From NCBI GenBank assembly GCA_964016885.1, contig OZ024741.1, forward strand, positions 185,256,001-185,320,000: a DNA stretch of 64,000 nt, given 5' to 3'. Under the pieces are notes generated by a model. That model was not told the DNA's origin, did not search any database, and saw only the letters and a list, made by a program, of their open reading frames with translations. The translations under genes were made by a program, and so were the position numbers. Positions 54,181 through 64,000 of the stretch are shown piece by piece (position 1 is the stretch's first letter; each line of letters opens with the position of its first letter). Origin of the DNA: Eledone cirrhosa. Taxonomy: Eukaryota.

Positions 54181-55551
54181 ATTTTAATAATTTATAAATT
54201 ATAAATTATTAAAATTTTGTTGCCCATCACTTAACGGCCTAAAATTGAAGAGCTGCTAACAAAAGTAGGTGAAAAACATATAATGGCTTCAGAGAGACTA
54301 GATTGTTGATATATATCTCCCGGATGTTACGTCACACGGTTATGCAACCTGCTAATCCCTACCCCACTCATAGCTCACACAGCACACTAAGTCCTGTTAC
54401 TTTTTTGGCACACCTTGTATATATGGCAAAGTGGCATATGAAAACAAAATCAATATACCAAGGACGAATAAAAAAAAAAAAAATTCTAACGCCCTGGAGA
54501 TTGCAATTTCATGCATTAGGGTGGTATTCAATAATAATTTGCTCATATTGCAATACGTCTTAGAACTATTCAATGAAAAGATTATTATGTGACAAAGCAA
54601 CGTAGGAAGACGGGGAAAATGTGTCTTTCGCCTGGAAACACGACAGGATACTCTGCAGACAAGTTGTACAAATGCAAACGCCAGAATGGGAGAAATATAA
54701 ATATACCTCCATCAACTCGCTCACATTCACACACACACACGCGCGCACACAAACGCACACAATCAGTTACACACACACCCACACACACACAAACACCCGT
54801 CTGCCCGCACGCACACATACACACCCAATCACACATGTCACGATCATAACATATCAAAACTCACGGGAAAGGAAATTATCACCGATGCTTTGGTTTGAAG
54901 AATACAGAATTGAAAATGCGATAGGTTGTTGAATTAAAGGATAAATCAATTATATTGGACTTGCAGTTCTGATAATAAAGAAGTAATTTGTGACGGATTA
55001 AGGAATCCACTGGAAGAATAATCACCTGTCATTTATAGTTCAGCTAGACTTCTGAGATAGTCTTATGTTGCATCACACTTCAGTGAGACAACGTTAACAG
55101 TAATGGCGAAGCGTATAACGAAATTTCCTACTTGCAGAGGGCAAATTAGTTTTGAAGGTGATTTATGATTGTGTATGTTTGTATGTCTCTTTCATATATT
55201 CATGTATTCGTATACGTACATGTGTGTAATAATGTGACTATGTATGCGTGTAAGCATTGTGACACGCATATTGGCAGTTACATTTGTATACATCTATATA
55301 TGTATGTCTATCGTCTATGTATAAACACATATATTTATATATGTTTGTGTATGCTTGTATATATATGTATGCTTGCAGTTATATCTACGTATGTATCAAT
55401 ATGTGCGCAACTAAATGCTCATTTGAACCTATGTATTCCAATATGAATATATCATGTATGTGTGCATGTATATAAATAAGTGTCTATGTATAGATGCATG
55501 TATATATAATTGTATGTAGGGATGTATTGATGCATAAACGTAATTGTGTAT

Positions 55552-55614
<63 letters not shown>

Positions 55615-56084
55615 ATTTGTGTGTGTGTGCGTGCGAGTGTGTGTATGTGTGTGTGTGTGTGTATGTGTGGGTGTGCGTATGTATCCAAATATGTATGAGT
55701 TTATCCGTCTGTATGCATGTATGTTTGTGTGAGTATGTATGTATGAATGCATCGTTGCATGGACGCAACATGGGCGTGTTTTTATGAAATTTACTTTTCA
55801 ATCATGAGATCATTGGTTTTCCCACTGCCTGTCCTCATCTTCAACAGCCATTTTTTATTTTCCCGGGGCGACTGCATCTATTTGAGTGGCACTAGACAGA
55901 CATAAACTCAATGGAAGCCGGCCCAATGGCATGTATCTGTAATTTTTAACCGATGAACGGTAAATCTTTTTCAGGATTACATTAAACCTAATTCAATAAT
56001 TAGATATTTAATTGAATACGAAACTTTCATCGTCAAAATCGATGGAGATTAAATTGATATGTATGTGCGCATTATACATGCATG

Positions 56085-56317
56085 TATGTATATTATGTTT
56101 TTGTTATTTTATAAATAAGAGAGAGAGAGAGAGAGGGGTAGATAGGGAGAGCCAGTTTCTGACATAGAAACAAGAGGCATTCATTGGAATTTAGAAAACA
56201 TAACCTAGATAGATTTGAATCCATGTCTGTATGTGGTTGTGTGTATCCAGGTTTGGATGGTATTGCATGTTGGATCTGTATGTTTTCAGTTATATGTTTA
56301 TGTGTCTCTATATATGC

Positions 56318-56320
<3 letters not shown>
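56085..56320 (-). mobile_element. 3'UTR-only copy related to the R4/Dong-like LINE at 4890-6352
   Basis: GTTTCT.ACATAGA.ACAAGA....ATTGGAATT...ACAT.A.CTAG shared with 4960-5020. Confidence 0.6.
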
Positions 56321-56352
<32 letters not shown>

Positions 56353-56419
56353 TATATACTGTATATATATATATATATATGTATATACTGTATATATATA
56401 TATATACTGTGTATATATA

Positions 56420-59200
56420 CAGTAATTAATAAGTAAGGCATGCAAGGAAGCTACAGACATAGTCATCAATGTCCCCACACCTAATGATCTCAAATTAAGA
56501 CCTATAATAGCAGGCCCCGCTTGCGAAACCCACCGCCTTAGCAACCTCATTGATACCCTTCTCAAGCCTTATCTCAAACACATCAAAAGCTATATAAGGG
56601 ACGACCTAGATAGGCTCAAACACCTCCCTAATATGCCCCTTTCTGAACAAACCCTACTAGTGACGTTCGATGTAGTCAACCTATACTCCAACATCCCCTA
56701 AAACCTAGGAATAGAAGCTATCCAATTCTGGCTGGATAATTACCACAATGAACTCCCACAACGCATCAAAAAAGAATTCGTGATAGAGGGACCCAAATTT
56801 ATCTTTGAGAACAATTACTTCGTTTTCAATAACATACCCTACAGGCAGAAATCTGGGACCACTATGGGAACGAAAACAGCCCCCACTTATGCCAACCTAG
56901 TCATGGGATACCTGGAAATCACCCTCTACACAAAAGTACTAAACAAATTTGGAAACACTCTCCACTTACACATAGAAAGGAACTGGAAGCGATATCTAGA
57001 CGACTGCTTCATCCTTTGGCACGAAACATCGAGAAACTTAAAGAATTTCACACCCTTATAAATTGGCTCAACACGAATATTAACTTCACGATGGAATACA
57101 GCCATCAACAACTCCCCTTCCTCGACATCCTCATTAAGATTCATAATAAAAAAATAGAAACAGACATATACCACAAGGCCACAGACTCCAAGCAATATCT
57201 TCCTTTAAACTCTTGCGACCCTAGACAAGTTAAAATTAATATTCCCTACAACTTAGCCAAGAGAGTCTGTACTATAGTCTCCAATAAAAACACCTGTTAC
57301 TTACGGCTACAAGAACTAAAGGACACACTCATAGGCAGGGACTGCCCTGCATCAGTAATTGACAATGGAATCCTATGTGCCCTAAAACTCAGTACCCAGG
57401 ACCTTAGACACCCTAAAGTAAATCAACCGAAACTAAAAGCTCTTCCATACATCTCCACACACATCCCCCTCAACAATGAGGCCTTTGACACCATCCTCCA
57501 GAACATCCCTGTGTTAAAAAAGGACCATAGAATGAACCAAATCCTACGAATACACGATATCATAAATAGCAAAAGACAATCTAAGTCAATGAAAAACATC
57601 CTAACACATGCCAAAGTACTGCCAACCACAACAACGAAACCCACAGTAAAAAAATGCGATAGACCCAACTGTGGCATATGCATCAACCTAATAGAGGGTT
57701 TGGAATTATATTTCAAAGAAGGACAACGTTTTATAGTAAAACACAATTTCACATGCGGATCAGAAAATCTAATATATGTATTAACTTGCTCAGGTTGTCG
57801 AGAACAATACATAGGCCAGACCAAATACAGCCTCCGCCAACGCATGACTGTCCATAGATCCCAAATTAAAATACGGGAATACAGGAAAATACCACTGAGT
57901 GAACACATTGATACCTGTGCCGCCCAAAATCATCCCAACTTCAGAATCTTTCCCCTCTACAAATTTAAAGATAATGCCACCCACACCCAGCGCATCAGCA
58001 AGGAATCTTACTTCATTAACAAATACGGACCCCGTCTAAACCCTTCTCCCTAAGACGAACCCATAAAATACACACGTCAACATACATACCTACATCAGCA
58101 TACATCCTACATAGATCTCTATCCACATATAAACACAATGACATACGTAAACACACATGTTCTATGGTGCAACACAAATATACACAAATTTGCATACCTT
58201 TTGATGTCTATAGATATAAACGTGCCGACACACACACATACATATACGCACACATGTATTGCACACTGATGGGCACATACATATTTGTACACAAGTATTC
58301 CAATACGGCAAGGCCTAATGGATTCCCCTTGCAGTACGCACAATCTGGACACTCACACACACCTTGGTCTTATGCCAATACTATATATCATTTCACACCT
58401 TTTATTATTAAGGTTTTTGATGTTCTATTGAGAGAATCGTTTTTACTGAAAATATCGAATAATGTACACCATTTTTACCAGTATCACAAAAATACTCCCC
58501 CCCCCACACACATATATATACACACACACATACACACTCGTACATTAACATACAAAGAGACATACACACACACACACACACACACTTCTCCGTATAAGAC
58601 AAGAGCTGAAAAATATCTTTTAACATGTTAAAATATCCCCCACACTCGTACAGACACATTCCTACTGACCGATCCCTCTACCACGAATTACTCTGCTACA
58701 CACACACACTCACTTGTCTTAATAGGCATTTGAACTGTCAGCAGGCTGCGGTTCGCACACACATCCCTGCTGACCATTATCACAACGAACCTTTTTACTA
58801 CTACTACACACTCACACACACACATATTTGTCTTGAAAGACTTATTTTTCAGTGACTTCTCAATCAGCCGAGACAAACCAACATTTGGCGCAAAATCAAT
58901 TTTTAACATTCACATAACCTCTACCGACCAATCAAAATTGTTTTGACCACAAAAATTTTTTTATACATCTGGAGCCACTTTTTTTTACATAAAACAGGTA
59001 GAATTTCCCAAACTAATCAGATTAGAGCAAACATCACGGGCGCTCTATCTCAAAATTATTTTTGAAAAGCATTAAAAATGCGCAACCGGTAAAACTGAAT
59101 ACTAACCAATACTATTACTAATTTTTACTTATTCCTAATTAAACTATTTTTCACTGGGAACAATTTGTCAGCATTTTCTTTTCCTTTTACTAATATATTA
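56420..59200 (+). mobile_element. Penelope-like element (Poseidon/Neptune-like), 5'-truncated, few lesions
   Basis: LRPIIAGP, FDVVNLYSNIP, GTTMGTKTAPTYANL, WKRYLDDCF, LPFLDI, C..C..C linker, NLIYVLTCSGCREQYIGQTK, PRLN; C/A-rich 3'UTR; decayed HHR at 59059-59094. Confidence 0.92.
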
Positions 59201-59207
59201 TATATAT

Positions 59208-59398
59208 AAGGGCTGTGGATTGGCAGTATCGGTAGAGGGTCGGACGCCATGCTTTCCAGCATAGTTACGTCCCTTTACGATCTGAGTTCAAATCCCGCCG
59301 AGGTTGACTTTGCCTTTCATCCTTACGGGGTCGATAAAATAAAGTACCAGTAATGCACTGGATAATTGCTGGCCTTGTGCCTAAAGTAGAAACAATTA
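59208..59398 (+). mobile_element. Full-length family A SINE
   Basis: Close match to 8931-9120; inserted in an ATTATATATATA context. Confidence 0.9.
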
Positions 59399-60049
59399 TA
59401 TATATATATATACACTGTATATAGAGTTTATACTGAATTTATGAAAGGTTTTATGTATTTATATCGTTCCATTGTTGAGCTACAGATGAACATTCCTAAC
59501 CAGCCCGAGTCTTTCTGTTTCTGTGAAACTCAGCTTAACATTATTTGTACTGAAGCAGTTAGTAACATATAGTGCCCCATATGATCACAGGTACGAATCT
59601 ATCGATAAAGTTCAGCATGCATGTTTACTTGTGTTTGCATTTTAATGGGGTTTTGACAGGAATATTCCTGTACTCATTCATACTCATTTATATTAAGTAT
59701 GCACACGTCTTATACATTCCTGTAACATGTTATATGGTCATTCTCATGATCCTACGGATTGCATTGTATAGTGTTTTAGTCAATAGACCATGATTAGAGG
59801 TTTATGATAAGGTTTACACCCTCAATATTTATCCCGCTGTCTTGCCACAGCGAGAAAATTTTGCCTGGATGCCTATCTCTTTTGTGCATCAGGTATTTCG
59901 TTGTCATTTCCTGTACTTGAACTACAAAAGAATATCCTTCAATGTGAGAGGTATATGTGCATGCATGCATGTATGTATATATGTATATATGTATATATGT
60001 ATATATGTATATATGTATGTATGAATATATGTATGTTTGTATATATGAT

Positions 60050-60662
60050 GTCAGGTGACCAGTTGGTGCTACTGGTAACATGTATCCCAGTACAACCTGT
60101 TTCATGGTCAGGTCGTTGGCGACTAAACTGGCAACCCCACCAAGGTTTCTTGGTGAGGAGGGGGACTTTGCACATCCTGCAGGACTAAAAACAAAATCTG
60201 TCAAAGGGTAAAGGAGCTCTTAAGTGTCAATGGCCATCCAAAATTACCGGGAGAGATGACCCCTTAGCCTTTGTCAAGGCAGAATTCTAGGAGAAGGAAA
60301 ACTGATATAACACCTGCAATCCTGATGGTATCCAATGATGTTGACTTGTTCTTCTTTTTGATAAATATCATCTTGGTTAAGAGAGTGGGACTGGCTTTGT
60401 GCAGTGTCTTTGCTCAATATAAAAGCTTCACGGCACAGGCATTGCTTTATATCTGGAGACCTCTCTGCACTTGTCATCACGTGGTACCATGGGCCCAGCA
60501 TTATGTGTCAGTAATTGTCACAAGTGTAGTGTTTGTACCAGAGTTTTCAAGTCGCTGGCTGGACTAAAAAGTCACTCTCGTTCAGCGCATCGGTAGGGAT
60601 TCTCCTACATGTATATAAAGTAGTGGCCGTACCCGAAAACGAGTTGGCAGCCACCACCATAT
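60050..60662 (+). mobile_element. About 610-bp non-autonomous RTE-related element, apparently full length
   Basis: RTE 5'UTR-like TTCTAGGAGAAGGAAAACT; body shared with 39833-40135 and partly 14370-14580; (TATG)n flanks; no coding capacity. Confidence 0.7.
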
Positions 60663-60837
60663 ATGTATGTATGTAAAAATATTACTAACCGTAAACATAT
60701 ATAAAAGCACATTTCCTGATAAATCATACATACTATAATCTCTTTAAAATACATACGATTAAGGTACACTATTCTTGTTCATACTTTGCTAATTCCATTA
60801 CAGATTTCAATTATAGAAATCGTTTCATCATCATAAT

Positions 60838-60932
60838 AATTGTTTCTCTTTTTGGCACAAGGCCAGCATTTACCCAGTACATTACTGGTAATTTATTTTA
60901 TCGACCCCGTAAGGATGAAAGGCAAAGTTAAC
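60838..60932 (-). mobile_element. 5'-truncated family A SINE
   Basis: TTTATCGACCCCGTAAGGATGAAAGGCAAAGTTAACC; direct repeat CATAATAAT on both sides. Confidence 0.85.
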
Positions 60933-61342
60933 CATAATAATGTCAGATATACTCATACGTTCTTCTCCTATCTGAAAGATGTATTTTTCTCTTGCACGAT
61001 CCAGCATTTTAAAATGGTAACCTAATTAAATCATCCGAAACCATATTGCTGGATTGGGATCTGTTGAAGATGTGTGTGTGTGAACTTGTCTTGTACATCG
61101 TCTTTCTTTATTTTCTTCTTCCAATAACATCTATGATTGAACACACTTCTCTTTGTGCTTCACCTCCCTCTGTATTACGTCTATATTATTGTGCCTCACC
61201 TCCCTCTATATTACATTTTCCTGTCACCCACCGCATAGAGTGTCACTCAGCCGACCATGTGACGCTGGTCTCTGTCATCTGAGCTATTTGTCTTTTTTAA
61301 CAGCTGCTGTTCTAGCAGTGAGTTTTCTCATTTTTCTATGAA

Positions 61343-61399
<57 letters not shown>

Positions 61400-62287
61400 A
61401 TGAGAAGAAAGAAGAATACTGCGTGGTTGCACATGGGTTACATATGATAAAATTAGTCCCTCGTCAGTGATTTGCCTACCATCATTGATATTTCATCGCA
61501 TTAAAAATCATATACCTCAGGTTGGTGCGAGCAATAACTAAAAAAAGTAAATCGCGTAAAGTGAGTGAGACAAGTAAACAACATAGAAGGATAAAAGCAA
61601 ACCGAAGATAGGAAAATAAACAAGCAACATGGTTATCCGGTCAGCATAAGCTGGGTGGATTTCATGAGCGATCTAGATACAGACCGTCCGACGTGAGTGA
61701 GATGTGAGCAAGAAAAGACCCCACTACTAGCCAAACGGGAGGAAGTGAGAAGGGGAGAAACAGAGAGTGAGTGAGTGGAAGTGCGAAGAAGAGGTGAGTC
61801 GAGAGAAAGTTTAACTGACAGAGGGGGCGAAAGAAGGTGAGAGAAACAGAGAGAACGGGGAAGCAGTAAGATAGAAACAGACAAACGCAGCCGAGGTAAA
61901 TGTGAGATGTGAGCAAGAAAAGACCTGGTGATATGCATGTAAGTAAATATTCTCTTTATCTGATATTTTGTAACTAACCTTACACAGATGGATATCGAAG
62001 TATAGTTACGATGTATTATCATCACCTATAAATGATCGTAAAGCAGTGAAGTATATTTCTAATGACTTGATTTTTTATTTCATTGTTTTAACTTATATAT
62101 ACATATAATACATTAACAGAGAAAGCTTTAAGCGATACTCTGACCAACTCCATCTCACTCAACAAACATTAGGATATACCTAAGTATAATCCCAATTTAG
62201 TGTTTGGGGTGCTAACTATACAGTATTCTGTGGATAGCTGGTTGTATTATTTTATATGAGACATAATTATATAAATCTCTCTTTCCT

Positions 62288-62408
62288 TGCATACGATCGT
62301 TTCGTCATAAGATTTCTACAATTTGGGATAAATAATGTCCAGGTTATGTAGAAACTTGTATATAATCCATAGATAAAAAAAAGCGGGCCTTTATAACTCA
62401 TCAGTGGA
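62288..62408 (-). ncRNA. Hammerhead ribozyme with about 80-nt insertion in stem II
   Basis: Minus strand CA-CTGATGA-GTTATAA...TTATGAC-GAAA-CGATCG-TA-TG; stem I weak. Confidence 0.62.
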
Positions 62409-62804
62409 TGCCCATTTAACATCGATATAAAAAACTACATCGATATTAATACATTAGTGATGGTCTCCGTCAGTGCTAAAAGGACAGCTAGATTCGAAAA
62501 GCCAGTAGTCCCTTCAAAAAGAAAATTCACACTGTCCCCAAAAGGGAAGGGGAGGTCATCGTAAAATATAAAATAATATACACGCTGGTCATTGAAGCCT
62601 GTTAGGTATTTTAACCACGTTTTTAAGAACTCTATTGGATATTAAAAAAATAAATATATGTATGTACCATCAATACACACATAGAGATATTAAAAAATAA
62701 TAATAAATATATGTACGCACTATCTATCCACACATATAGGTATTTTCTCAGGCAAAAATATCAGATAGAGGAAAAAGCAATCAATATTTCACATAAAGAG
62801 TAAT

Positions 62805-62844
62805 GCACTGGGTAATTGCTGGCCTTGTGCCTAAAGTAGAGACA
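62805..62844 (+). mobile_element. 40-bp 3' stub of a family A SINE
   Basis: 22-bp direct repeat AATATTTCACATAAAGAGTAAT at 62783-62804 and 62845-62866. Confidence 0.8.
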
Positions 62845-63359
62845 AATATTTCACATAAAGAGTAATATATATATATATATGTGTGAATGAAGTGATTCCG
62901 TCGGAAAGGTCCAGGAAAAAAGAGTGCTCTATGTAGGTTACAGAGCTTAATAGTTATGTAATAAACAACATTTGTTGTTTATTACATAACTATATATATA
63001 TATATATAGTTAGGGAAGCAGAAAATTGCTTATTGTGATCCAGTTCGTGGTTAAGAAAGCCAGTTTCATTGATGGTTTCAACGTACGGTTTGTAAGAATT
63101 CCGTTCAATCTTGGAGTATAAAGTATAAAAGAGAACAAACAGGTAAGCATTAAGAGAAGGGTTTTATCCAGGTATTTATGACCGTTTCATTGGTAAGTGC
63201 AACCTTATATTGCTATACTGCAAATAGCAGCCACTCAATTTTAATTGTTGTTCACGTCCAAATTTTCAAAATAGTGAGTAAGTTATTCTTGAAATAGTTC
63301 TTAATATATAGAGAAAAACATTTTTTAGGAATTGTATTTACTAGTATAGATTTACTAGT

Positions 63360-64000
63360 AAAGTTGCCCATGACAAGAATTGTAACTACCACCTACCTGA
63401 AACCTGTCCATTACATAATGAATGTATGCAGTCTAACCTGGTTTACCAATGCACAGTGGAATCAGACAACCAGAAATGGTATTACATCGGAGCGACTGGG
63501 AATACATTTAAAGCCCGTTGGTATACACACCGTTACGCAATGAAACATTCCCAGCATCGTTATGTAACTACCCTTGCAAACAAGACCTGGCAACTGAGGG
63601 AAAGTAACCATCAATACACCCCGAAGTGGAAAAAATTATCGAACGCGCCTCCATATCGGAGTGGTATGAGAAGCTGTCGATTATGTGACCTTAAGCTGTT
63701 CCACATTTTGAGTTCGAAGAATAAGTTACTCAACAATAAAATCGAAAGATCAATTTATTGTAACCATAGACTCAAAGAAAAGTTTTCGCACTACAAGTGC
63801 AAATCGAACCCTTACCCTCTTACTACCAACTGACACACTGCATATACTTAGACTTTATACCCTCTTATTGTATATAAACCATTTTAATTACACACAAAAA
63901 CCAATACCTGTATCCCTCCCTTCTCCTTCATTCCTCTTCTATTCGTTTTCTTCCTTCCTTCCTTCCCTCCCCTTTTTGGTTATCTTTTCTTCTTTCTCCC
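63360..64000 (+). mobile_element. Naiad-like PLE GIY-YIG domain and start of 3'UTR; runs off the window
   Basis: CPLHNEC..NLVYQCTV..YYIGATGNTFKARW..H..CRLC..CNH. Confidence 0.85.

Noticed and set aside
54395-54422. Tc1/mariner-like TIR (TACAAGGTGTGCCAAAAAAG on minus)
   Set aside because: No matching partner TIR or transposase found

Overview
AT-rich, microsatellite-laden animal genomic DNA, intergenic or intronic. The (TA)n/(CA)n/(GA)n density and the SINE/LINE mix suggest a cephalopod such as Octopus; this is inference only. No host protein-coding gene can be supported, and most ORF-track entries are translated microsatellites. The window is a nest of decayed mobile elements: several Penelope-like elements (PLEs; RT + GIY-YIG, both Naiad-like and Poseidon/Neptune-like), an R4/Dong-type RLE LINE, an RTE LINE, an L1/Tx1 LINE, a complete Buster-type hAT with TIRs and an 8-bp TSD, and many tRNA-derived SINEs. 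The main signal is non-coding. About 10 well-formed and several decayed type-I hammerhead ribozymes (HHRs) occur, most with palindromic stem III and some with the compensatory U3-A8 core. They sit in PLE pseudo-LTRs and in short non-coding units, including a 321-nt tandem/inverted retrozyme-like array whose junction falls at the predicted cleavage site and a 591-nt terminally redundant unit. Long near-perfect DNA palindromes, some centred on HHR stem II, accompany them, nearly all embedded in (TA)n. Together these point to a PLE-driven ribozyme/retrozyme fold-back system. All structures were folded by eye; none was computed or tested.
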